This document shows positions 24,150 through 35,315 of a stretch of 43,793 nt of DNA, in pieces (the first letter of the stretch is position 1; every line of letters starts with the position of its first letter). Both the position numbers and the translations under genes were made by a program. The notes under the pieces were generated by a model. It worked only from the letters and a program-made list of their open reading frames with translations, ran no database searches and was not told the origin of the DNA. Source of the DNA: Octopus bimaculoides (Eukaryota); the NCBI RefSeq assembly GCF_001194135.2, contig NC_068981.1, forward strand, positions 91,377,414 to 91,421,206. Reading direction: 5' to 3'.

Positions 24150-24560
24150 ATCTGACTTTCTACGGGTATGCATTCTGACGGTTAGAATCAGGCTTCAGTG
24201 TCCAACGTTTGAGACATGCAATCTCTCTGATACAGCCAAATATCGCACTCTCGTAGTCTGCAATATCTCGAACGCAAGGGAACTAGTCATTGAAAATGAC
24301 GTTCTCTAGCTTCTTGAAACTTTGCTTCTCCTCAGTGATCGGGAGAACGGCTTCCGTTCACCCAGCTATATCTGAAACTTGTTCTCATATGTAATTCGCC
24401 TGTGGGCTCTTACCATAGAGAGGTTTACTAAAAGCAATGCTGTTGTTCTCGACATCTGCACGTCGCTCGACACCATTTGGCATGCATAACTTGTATCACA
24501 AGTTCGGGGCTACGGATTCCTCTCCTTTCGCATCACTTGAAACGCTGGCTTCCAAATACA
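24150..24560 (+). mobile_element. decayed CR1/L2/Jockey-group RT fragment
   Basis: One frame with in-frame stops contains SDTAKYRTL (~SDPSNYRPI), LLSDRENGFRS (~LSDRQYGFR) and AVVLDICTSLDTIWH (~AVALDISKAFDRVWH). Confidence 0.8.
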
Positions 24561-24839
24561 TCTCATCGTCAATGCATGGCGAAAAAGTGACGGGTCCTTC
24601 GTAAGTTTTTATTGTGATTTCTACGATAAAGAAAATTACCAATCTATAAGAAGGTATCATAAAAGGTACTAATATATTCCGGGTAATAATGCTGTAGAAT
24701 GAGCGATCTTAATATAAGCAAATATGCTGGTTTCAGAGTTTTCTCTGCAGTGTACAGAACTAGACAAAGATTTACTTGCTGCCAAAAGAAGAAAAAAAAA
24801 ATGAAGAAGAATTTTCCATCTTATGACAATTAGCTTCTG

Positions 24840-25420
24840 TATTACCCTTCGTGAGTAAGCGAAAGTAGGGTATTGTAATCAGTCGTCTTTGTCATTATAT
24901 TTGCAAATTACTGGAAAATGGTTGAACGGATTTTCACCACATTTGGCAGAAATACTCATTATGGGAGTGATTGGAAATGACCAGCATTTGGTTTGATTAT
25001 CTTTAAAAATAGAATAAAAGAAATTAAAGAATCCAACTTAGGAATTTCCAGACAAGCAAGTGATCATATTATTTTGGTCACTTTCTTTTTTTATATGAAT
25101 CTACCCTGGTCTGCGTGTGTATAGATCATGCGCATAGACACGTGTGGGTACATACATGCATACATGCAGACATACATACATAGACATGCGACTGTGTTTT
25201 GTGTGTGTGTGTGTGTGTACAGTGATTGATTCGAGGGTTTCGTTTATTTACGAGTTGATTTCTTAATTTCACCGGAGTGTAAATGCCTATAATGGTGATA
25301 CTTAAAAAAGAAAAAAGGTAATTCAGTCAAACAGCGTGGGTAAGCAACGCGTTGTAAGCCACACTATAATTTGCGAGAATAATTATCTGAGCGCAGAGTA
25401 TGCATCGCACTCCCATGCCT
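24840..25420 (+). mobile_element. probable Helentron/DINE-1-like non-autonomous element
   Basis: 5' hairpin TACCCT-TCG..CGA-AGTAGGGTA, motif GAAAATGGTTGAACGGATTTTCACCACATTTGG, an internal (CATA)/(TG) microsatellite and a 3' segment GCGCAGAGTATGCATCGCACTCCCATGCC before a T run. Confidence 0.45.
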
Positions 25421-26334
25421 TTTTTTTCAATTATAATTGTTTTCATATGTGCATCTTTCTCTGTATATGCACCCAATTTCTCTCTTTAAATATTTTTACA
25501 TGGTGAGAATGCTCTAGCTATACATCAACTAAAATTATATCACACCTCCCTGCACACTAATTCACATGCAACTTATGTTAGCTTGTAATACGTACATGTA
25601 CGGAGTCATTAAATAGTTAATTTTCCTTGACCTGAGAATGGCCGTGAAACTAATAAAGAACTTGTGAATTTTATCTAGTGACTGCTAGCTATAAAGCCAA
25701 TATAAAGCTATAAACAAATATAAAGCCAATCGTATATCTATAGAGAGATAGAGTGTGTCGATGTGAAATAAATGTTTCCATCATCAACTTAAAGAACCCC
25801 TGGTTACGACATACAAAACGTAGACTATTCTACAAGTGATGCAATATATTTTGGACTAGTGATGTCTAACAGTAACCTAGTCATTCTATTACCAGGTTAC
25901 GACTGGCTCGCAATTTGCTATATTCTTTGGTTTTATAACTAGAGATATTTCATACCGAAGAATAAAAAGTCAATATTCATAAGTATATCAGTAGTCAGTG
26001 TGTAGAAGAAAACATATGATTGTCGCTTTTATCACGATGTCATTCTCGTTGCGTATTCCTATGAAAGAAGGCATTGCAGCCGTGATCATGGAGTGGTTGG
26101 TGTTTAGACTCAATGAGACTGTGACTATAATATCTAATATAATCCCCATTTTAAAAACGGAAGAGTGTGATATGCAGGACAGAAGTGGTGGTAGGGAAGA
26201 CTTTCGTTACTAACGAAAATCTCGCGTGACTAATGCAAATCAATTATGATTAATATCTATGGCCATCAAATTTACTAAAGATATGCTTGTGGATTCCGCT
26301 TTAATTTCGCATTTGGAAAGAACGGGAGACTGAC

Positions 26335-26406
26335 ATATTTCAAGCTTTTTCCACAGAAATCCGTTGTGCATAACAAAAGTCCCAGAAATATACTGAAAAA
26401 TTTCAT
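26335..26406 (-). CDS. candidate first coding exon encoding a signal-peptide-like MKFFSIFLGLLLCTTDFCGKSLKY
   Basis: Acceptor aattgcag lies immediately before the ATG. There are 24 full codons and the donor is TAT|gtcagt (phase 0). The peptide has a basic n-region and a hydrophobic h-region. Confidence 0.3.
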
Positions 26407-29400
26407 CTGCAATTGTTTATAAATATGTCATTTTCTCTTCTTCAGTTTATATTTGATTTTTTCTTTATTTTTTAATCTCTTCTTCCTAAAATGCTTTCGT
26501 TTTTGTCTTTTCGTTTCACATTACCATCTTCTTATTCAGTCATGTCTTCCATTTCTTCTTTTTTCTGAATTTTCTTAATCATTACCATCTGAAAACTACA
26601 TGAGCAGGTGTAGATACTGCAATTAATAATGTTTGGTCTATTGCTCAAGGAGCTGCTGAAATAATGAATGAAACAATCAATAGACACCTGCATCTCCATA
26701 AGCTGTGTTTACCGTTCTATACTAGCTAAAGAGAAACAGCAAACAAAAAGATATTCTTGATATAAAATTGAACTGACACTCGGTCGCTAACTCAGAAAAA
26801 ACTGTTCAAATCATAAAGCGAACAAGGGATACAATTCTCTCGCTCAAATATAATCTAAATATGATTCTAATGTAAGCTGGTATCATATATAATCCATCCA
26901 ATATATTATATATATGCAATATTCGAGAAAATCAGCCGATGGCTTCAGTGAATGCTTATGAATTTTGAGAATATTCTTAATAGTGTATCATTCATATTTT
27001 GCTCCAAGAAGTTTTATAGAAAGTAATGTGAATTATATTTATCTTCATTAACCATTGTCGTTTTTAAGCATTTGACAGCAAACATATTGCTTCTACAATC
27101 AATTTAAAGACATGAAGTTCAACTGACCTACAATAAAAACATCTCGTTCTGTTATGATTCATTAAAGCTGTAAAATTAAATAAGCATATGCCCAATTATT
27201 GATAGTTTGCATCGGTAAAACACTTACTGCACAAATTTCGCTGTAAAACTATTTGAATATGTTTCATCGTGTGGTTACTAACATCAATAAAAAAAAAATT
27301 AGAAATATATTTGGGTCACTCATACATGGAAGGGAATATAATTAAAATGTGTTAGTGTTTGATAAATCTTTGGAAATGTTGAGCCATTGTATTTAGGATA
27401 ATATCAAAATTTATTGTCCTTTGCTAACTCAGCAGTAGGTGAAATTCAAGATTTAACTCAATATCAGATATCTGTTCCTGAATATTTTACTCGAGGGGAA
27501 TCAATCCTGTAAATATGGCGTGGTATCGGGTGTCGAAAATCAGTTTCTTCGTTTCTCTCTTAAAAGGGAACAAAACATTATTGATGCATTTTATTCGAAT
27601 TTTTTGTAAAATCAATTTTTTTAATAAAGCTATTTCTCTCGTCGATAAGGAATTGTTAAATGTGATTCATATTTAATACTGACTTATGGATCTCTCATAA
27701 AATCATCACTACTATTATTATGAATGATCGTTTATCATGAGTGAACGCCGTAATGTACTCATTATATGTTACTATTTTCTTTTACTCTTCTCGAGAAAGA
27801 GTATTGAGACTAATATACATTCAAATGTAATTTAACTAAATCAAATATCATATTTTACATGACGCATACATTTTAGATTTAAAATCGACTATTTGTGCTT
27901 GGCAAAATTTTTTGATAATATTTGTTTTTCCTATACTTTTAATAACCTAGATAGAGAGAAGCGGCAGTAGAACTGATGCTTTCTATAATTTTCTCCCGTC
28001 TCTTTTCTTTTCCACAAACTGGTGATTAGTCGAGATCTTTCAGAAGAGAGACTTCTCTAAAGTCAGGCAAGATCCTAGATGGTACTGTTTAAAAGTAACA
28101 CTTTAAGTCTATTACCAAGAAAGGGAAGCAGTTTACATCTACTAAATTTCACTCATAAGACTGGTTGATATGCGGCTATCATGCAATACTGGCTCAAAGT
28201 GCAGGGAGATCAAAACGGGAATTAGAAGTTTCGAAATGATTTCCTTAACTGATATGCATACCTGCATTCATTTTGGTTTAACTTGATAACAGATTTTATT
28301 TAATTGTCCTTATAGCTAGAGATTTTAATTTTATTTACTGGGAATTTAGGCAATGTTAGTAAAGAACTATTAATAAACTGCAAGGCAAATGATAAGCGTT
28401 CAGGTGAAACAGAAGAATATATTGTATTTAAATTACTTGTACTTAAATTTATTTTATGAATATTAAAGTTAAATGTGCTTTTGTTAATAAAGCAATTATA
28501 GAAAAATGCTTAGTTTTCTAAATGAGAGGTTCATATTTAGGCATATAGTTCGACATAAATATAATTTCAAAAAATGAAATTCAGAATTCCTCAGGTGTTT
28601 TTAGCTGGAAATATTTATATCTTTGTGTAATGGAAGATATTTGGATATGTACAAGTAAAAAATTCACCCTACTAAATTCTGGAATTTAGAAATGTTCAAA
28701 ATGCACAGAAAAGTACCTAGCCTTACACGCGTGAAACTTTTTCCTGCCTTACAACATGCGCCTTCCACTTGTATGGATATATCGGAAACACAGAAAAACA
28801 GAAACATACAAAAGCACAGACACAATATTACACTCTTTCAAATACTATATGCATATCATGCAAGGACTTTCTTCTTCTTTTGTTTCTATTTTATGGTATA
28901 GCCTTTAACGAAATGACACATATCTTCTTTCAGCTTTCGATTCATCATGCAGATTAAATATAAGTATAGACTTAAGTATCTCTTTGTCTTCCCATCANNN
29001 NNNNNNNNNNNNNNNNNNNNNNNNNNNNNNNNNNNNNNNNNNNNNNNNNNNNNNNNNNNNNNNNNNNNNNNNNNNNNNNNNNNNNNNNNNNNNNNNNNNN
29101 NNNNNNNNNNNNNNNNNNNNNNNNNNNNNNNNNNNNNNNNNNNNNNNNNNNNNNNNNNNNNNNNNNNNNNNNNNNNNNNNNNNNNNNNNNNNNNNNNNNN
29201 NNNNNNNNNNNNNNNNNNNNNNNNNNNNNNNNNNNNNNNNNNNNNNNNNNNNNNNNNNNNNNNNNNNNNNNNNNNNNNNNNNNNNNNNNNNNNNNNNNNN
29301 NNNNNNNNNNNNNNNNNNNNNNNNNNNNNNNNNNNNNNNNNNNNNNNNNNNNNNNNNNNNNNNNNNNNNNNNNNNNNNNNNNNNNNNNNNNNNNNNNNNN

Positions 29401-29606
29401 NNNNNNNNNNNNNNNNNNNNNNNNNNNNNNNNNNNNNNNNNNNNNNNNNNNNNNNNNNNNNNNNNNNNNNNNNNNNNNNNNNNNNNNNNNNNNNNNNNNN
29501 NNNNNNNNNNNNNNNNNNNNNNNNNNNNNNNNNNNNNNNNNNNNNNNNNNNNNNNNNNNNNNNNNNNNNNNNNNNNNNNNNNNNNNNNNNNNNNNNNNNN
29601 NNNNNN

Positions 29607-29693
29607 CTACATATGTTTCAAAAATTACATGCACTCTACTCCGAAGGCGTAAGAGATGATGGTATATACATATAATTTTATCATCAGGGAACC
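29607..29693 (-). ncRNA. type I hammerhead ribozyme motif (PLE-type), cut by assembly gap
   Basis: Minus strand: GGTTCC-CTGATGA-[stem II AAAATTATATGTAT/GTGCATGTAATTTT, apical CCTTCGG]-GAAAC-ATAT-GTA-G. The helix III loop is palindromic and the cleavage triplet is GUA. Confidence 0.78.
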
Positions 29694-30315
29694 ATATTAG
29701 AAATGCAAGACTTGTGCTGAATGCTAAGGTTACGTACGGGGAATAACACTATATAGCTAAGTTAAATGACCGATAAAAACAAGAAAACTAGTTTACAGGG
29801 AGCTGTTTAGGGAGAGAGGCTATGAACGCTATGCTACGTGTTTAAATTAAAATAAGACATAATGAACCGCAGAAAATTCTTAAAGTTAATAATAATGGTA
29901 ATAAAAATTTATTGTAATTGGAAGGAGAAAGGGAGAGAATCCAATAAATTTGTGTAAAGAGTAAATTTTTTATACGACTAATTTTGTAAATAAACGTTTA
30001 TAAGAAAGGAAAATTAAAGATGGATTGTAAATATAATTAACCATTGATGTTGTATCATATTAAGTTACGGAAATTAACGTAAATAAATGACAATACAAGG
30101 TAAAAAACTATAAAGTGATGAAATAATAAGAATAAACATTCTTACTATAACAAAGTCGATAGTATATACGTAAATATACTTAAAACTCTATGATTATAAC
30201 TTTACGGGGGTTAAACTTGCTGTACTAACTAGAGAAGGAGAGAAAGTGAGAACAACTGGCGTTGGAGTTAGATATAATTGTTATTTTAGATAATATTATA
30301 ATGCTATTATTCTTA

Positions 30316-30356
<41 letters not shown>

Positions 30357-30770
30357 AATATAAAAAATAAATTTATTATTATTACTATTATTGTTATTAA
30401 TATAAATATTAAGGAGATGGATATGCTATAATAAAATATTTATTACTATTAAGAAATAAGTAAATTAATAAATGAATGAATTTAAAATATTTTTTAAATT
30501 ATAGAAAAAAACCTATGTGGATAGGTAGTGGGAGCAGTATGATGGAGAAATTAAAAGAGATATTGATGTGAATGAAAAATTGATATTAAGGTTATGTTCC
30601 ATTTTTGGTCCTAGCATTCACACTCAAAAACTTGATTCTATTACAATTAGATTCTGAGATACTAATCTTATTGTTGTGAGAGTTATTGTTATATTTACTT
30701 ATGTTGTACATATTACTTATATTTTTATCTAAATAACTATTGCTACCATAGGAGTGTGTTGTATTACAGG
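29607..30770 (-). mobile_element. Penelope-like element end (inverted, internally deleted copy) carrying the hammerhead
   Basis: 30261-30600 is the reverse complement of 31492-31818, and 30601-30632 is the reverse complement of 30771-30802. The copy continues through AT-rich sequence to the hammerhead. Confidence 0.75.
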
Positions 30771-31818
30771 AGTTTCTGAGTGTGAATGCTAAGACTAAAA
30801 ATGTGGTTTATCAATGTAAGGCAACAACTAACACAGAGGTCTTGCATTACATAGGTTGCTCTTCGTCGCAGGTCTCTAGGAGAATCTCTAACCGTTACTC
30901 AACCTTTAGGGATAGGAATAAAAATAGTACCGATCTTAGTAAGTTAATCTGGAAACTTAAGGCCTGCAATTAACAATACTGGCTACCTAAATACTCTACG
31001 ATAAGGGTAAATATTTTTGTCCGCTCTGTAATTTAGAGCTATTCCACATTCTGTTCTCCAAGAATAATTTAGTGAAACAGATAACACAGAGATCATACAG
31101 ATGCCAGCATTGGGGGAAACACACCTTCAGCTCGTTTCATTAATTTCATCCTTTTTACTAATTTTAGTTATTTTTTCACCTACCAATATACTCACTAGTT
31201 AACAGCCACTTTACATGTGGTATGAATTATCACCCCACTTTGTGTTTATTTTTATTAAACTTTAGACAATAAATCTCCCCCAGTTACCTCCAGTAACCCC
31301 TACAACTTTTCCTTATTGTTTGATGGTCCTCTTAATATTATTATTATTCTTATCAACTCTCTTTGTAGTTTTTTATCCATTGGCTATATAATTACACTTA
31401 AATATATTCTAGTTAATTATAACTTCGTAATCTTTGTTTCCCACCTTTGTAACCAGATATGTTAATGCAGCGTCTCTGCATCGCACATACAGGAACATAA
31501 CTTTAATATCAATTTTTCATTCACATCAATATCTCTTTTAATTTCTCCATCATACTGCTCCCACTACCTATCCACATACGTTTTTTCTATTATTATAAAC
31601 TTTTTAAAATTGTTTATTCATTCATTTATTAATTTACTTATTTCTTAATAGTAATAAATATCTTATTATAGCATATCCATCTCCTTAATATTTATATCAA
31701 TAACAATAATAGTAATAATAATAAATTTATTTTTTATATTTATGATAATAATAATAACGACAATAAGAATAATAACATTATAATATTATCTAAAATAACA
31801 ATTATATATAACTCCAAC
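30771..31818 (+). mobile_element. Penelope-like element 3' part: GIY-YIG domain + AT-rich 3' region
   Basis: Encodes TKNVVYQCKATTNTEVLHYIGCSSSQVSRRISNRYSTFRD..STDLSKLIWKLK and, after a frame break, CPLCNLELFHILF..YRCQHWGKH, ending ~31142. Confidence 0.88.
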
Positions 31819-32186
31819 TGCAGTCATTTGTCGAGCAAATCGACCCCAAGACTTATTCTTGCCAAGCCTAGTACTTATTCTATCGATCCCTTTTGACGAA
31901 CCGCTAGGTTACAGTGACGTAAACACACCAGCATCGGCTGTCAAGCGATGTTGGGGGGACAAACACAGTCAGACAAGCATATACACACATACATATATAT
32001 ACATATACATATATACGACGGGCTTCTTTCAGTTTCCATCTACCAAGTTCACTCACAAGGCTTTGGTCTGCCCGAGGCTATAGGGCTATAGTAGAAGACA
32101 CCTGCCCAAGGTGCCACGGAGTGGGACTGAACCCAGAACCATGTGGCTGGTAAGCATGCTACTTACAACACAGCCACTCCTACGCC
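31819..32186 (-). mobile_element. SINE family B interrupting the PLE 3' region
   Basis: Homologous to 20004-20424; its head GGCGTAGGAGTGGCTGTG begins at 32186. It has a short internal duplication GCTATAG-G-GCTATAG. Confidence 0.92.
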
Positions 32187-32373
32187 TATATATATATATA
32201 TTTATATATATATACATATATATATATACATCTATATGTATACGTGTGTGTATATGTATATATACACATATATACATGTATATGTCTATGTATATATATA
32301 TATATATATATATATGCATGTATGTATGTATGTATGTATGTATGTATGTATGTATGTATATGTATGTATATGT
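32187..32373. repeat. (TA)n/(TATG)n microsatellite
   Basis: Direct reading. Confidence 0.95.
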
Positions 32374-32809
32374 NNNNNNNNNNNNNNNNNNNNNNNNNNN
32401 NNNNNNNNNNNNNNNNNNNNNNNNNNNNNNNNNNNNNNNNNNNNNNNNNNNNNNNNNNNNNNNNNNNNNNNNNNNNNNNNNNNNNNNNNNNNNNNNNNNN
32501 NNNNNNNNNNNNNNNNNNNNNNNNNNNNNNNNNNNNNNNNNNNNNNNNNNNNNNNNNNNNNNNNNNNNNNNNNNNNNNNNNNNNNNNNNNNNNNNNNNNN
32601 NNNNNNNNNNNNNNNNNNNNNNNNNTATATATATATATATAATGGTTGTCTCAGGTAGTCCGGGAACGACGGTGTTCTGCGATTCATTACTGAAGAAGCT
32701 GCACAAATGATTAGTTTATAGAGCTGAACTATATGTGCTGTACATCAGCTCCCTCTGTCAAATTATTGACTGAACACGTGCGCATTGTACCGCACATGCG
32801 CATAAGATG

Positions 32810-32935
32810 TCGAAGTGGTCGTAGAGCAAAGCAACTTGGAATGTTTTTGCTCCAAAGCATGAAGTACCCCCAGGTCCAGAATATGAAATCATGATCTTAT
32901 GCTCGCAGCATCCTGAACACTAGGCCATGTGCCAT
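32810..32935 (-). mobile_element. decayed 5' part of SINE family C
   Basis: AGAGCAAAGCAAC..TTTTTGCTC..GGTCCAGAATATGAAATCATGATCTT resembles 2940-3050. Confidence 0.6.
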
Positions 32936-33364
32936 CATTTACATACATCCAAAACAATTTGTTACTTGCACGTAAAGTTTTTGCTGCAAGATATTTGCAT
33001 CTCTAATACGTCTATAACTAAAGTGTTTTGAAAAGTCTCCTCAAAGCATAATTTGATATTTATATTTTGTTTCTGTTCCTGAACATGCTGTGCCTTTGGT
33101 TCAAGTGAACTGTGTTCAGTTTGCCTAACGAGTTTTCAATGATAAGCATGCCCACGCGAATACTTTTACGCATTCATTCTGTTTAATTCATAGACATACA
33201 AATACAAGCGCGCGCATGTATCTATCTTCCATTTCACATATATGTAGTTCTATGTGTATCTATACTATATAAATGTATAAATATAATAAATCTCATTTAC
33301 ATATGTCTGTATTTATTTTTAAACGTATATATAAATCCGTACATTCTTACGTATATGCTTTATC

Positions 33365-33542
33365 TATTACTTGCTTCAGTCATTGAACTGCGACCATGCT
33401 GGGGTACCACTTTGAAGGGTTTTGTCGAATGAATCGACTCTGCTACTTATTCTTAAGCCAGGTACTAGGCCTAAGTCCCCTATACGGGGACTTAGACAAT
33501 TCAACATCGGCTGTCAAACAGAGGTGGTGGACACCCCCTCCC

Positions 33543-33545
<3 letters not shown>
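33365..33545 (-). mobile_element. 3' fragment of SINE family B
   Basis: TTCAGTCATTGAACTGCGACCATGCTGG..GTCGAATGAATCGAC..CATCGGCTGTCAA matches family B; followed by (TA)n. Confidence 0.8.
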
Positions 33546-33617
<72 letters not shown>

Positions 33618-33791
33618 GGGATTGGACAAAATAATGAAAAAACCTAACATCATAGCATCATAATTTTGAAATATCTACAAAATCGACAGAAGCTTTATAT
33701 TTATGCTTTTTGTCATTTATTATTAGCGTTGCTTAATATGTTTTGCTAAAATTGCAGATTATTTTCAGATATCACCAGTGAAAGGGTAATT

Positions 33792-34259
33792 AAAATTTTG
33801 TATATTCGGAATCTGCATGACATAACACATATTCGTAGGAACTTTCATTGAAAAAAAAAAATATCCATTTTTTCTGAAAGCTATGATCATCCAAAGTCGG
33901 GGTGGAGGGGACAGAAATCTGTAGTTATGCCGCACGTAATATCTAATTGATCTACTATTCAATTATAATACAGTGTAGTGGTAACTAAAGAGCATACTCT
34001 ATATCGTATATTTAAGAATTGTTATTGACTAAATTTTATCGTCTAAATAATTTACAATCTATAATTATCCTTAAGGAATTTGCCATATCCTGCTTCTAAA
34101 AATTTTTGTCCTTTTAACATTATCAAGTTCTTCCGAAAATCACACACTCGTGGTGTGTGATTGTGGATCATCATAACATTCAAATAAATAAGTATTTTTA
34201 AATGAAATTTTCTACGAATATGTGTTATATCATGTAGAATCCGAATATACAAAACTTTT
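33792..34259. repeat. ~100-bp imperfect inverted repeat pair (33792-33895 / 34161-34259), DNA-transposon-like
   Basis: TTTTGTATATTCGGAATCTGCATGACATAACACATATTCGTAGG matches the reverse complement TTTTGTATATTCGGATTCTACATGATATAACACATATTCGTAGA. Confidence 0.8.
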
Positions 34260-34982
34260 GGGGTAAAGTGTTTTAAGAGGGGGTAGGTGGGGAATTTCGG
34301 AAAATTCACCGGAGTGCACTTCAGTTCGTCGTAACTCACAGTCGGTAAAATAATTACTTGCTACTAACCTAGATTCTAAAGCAGAATATAACGGTCTTAG
34401 CTTGCTACTCAATCCATATCTTTTTAAACACTCTCATTTCAATGTTCCTTGTATCCCTTTTACTTTTCATTTTTTCTTACATTTCTACAACTATTTAACA
34501 ATTAGAAGCAATACCATAATAAGTTTCTTTGAAACACTGAAACGTTCTGACCATGAATGAAATAGGTTTTGAAGCCTTTCTATAAATAACTTAGTCACAA
34601 ATACTCTATTTCCAAAATAAAAGTCTTTACTAGGCTTCTCTTTCATCTTCTTTGTACAATAATGAAGATGCTCATACTCAACTATTTACGAACAGCAAAC
34701 TACAATCTTAATAGTGCCGACACAGCATACCAATTTGTTCAAAAAAGTTTAGGATACTACTATCAAGAATATGTCAATATCCAATGCAAAAATCTTATCT
34801 TCCACCATCATTGAATGATGATATAATTTCGTTAATCCAACGCTTAAGAATATGAATTCATTAATTTCCGGGCGAAATTAATGCCTATATTATGAGCTGC
34901 TGACTATTCAAACCATCACATCTAAGTAAAATTAGACAAAATGTACACACCCACTTATATACCACATACATATTATTAGTTT

Positions 34983-34983
<1 letters not shown>

Positions 34984-35025
<42 letters not shown>

Positions 35026-35039
35026 GTAATAATAATGAT
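34984..35039. repeat. (AAT)n microsatellite
   Basis: Direct reading. Confidence 0.97.
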
Positions 35040-35212
35040 ATTTTGGAGTAATAGGTATACGTCGATTAGTGTTTTTTAAGTAGAGCACTGGCACATTTTA
35101 GACTACCTGCAATCATCCGCAGTCGTAGTATATTTCCGATGGAACTCCGCAGTGTCCGTTCGGATAAATATATTAAGTGACGAGAAAATAGATTTGGTAT
35201 TAAAATTTATTC

Positions 35213-35315
35213 TGTACAACGTTCGTTTCGACCTGTCCTGCTGTTTTCCTTTATGTGTTCGGCTCTGTTCAACAAGTGTTGGATCTATTTTGCAGCCTGG
35301 GTCTCATCAGATACA
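35213..35315 (-). ncRNA. type I hammerhead ribozyme motif (PLE-type)
   Basis: Minus strand: TGTAT-CTGATGA-GACC..(66 nt)..GGTC-GAAAC-GAAC-GTT-GTACA. Stem I is TGTAT/GTACA, stem II is GACC/GGTC, and stem III is AC/GT with a tetraloop. AATAAA lies just downstream. Confidence 0.72.

Noticed and set aside
27434-27510. Plus-strand exon candidate AVGEIQDLTQYQISVPEYFTRGESI
   Set aside because: The branch point is too close to the AG, the donor is weak, and no homology was recognised.
32686-32740. CTGAAGA-AGCT...AGCT-GAAC possible hammerhead
   Set aside because: GAAA is incomplete, the triplet is GUG, and there is no stem I.
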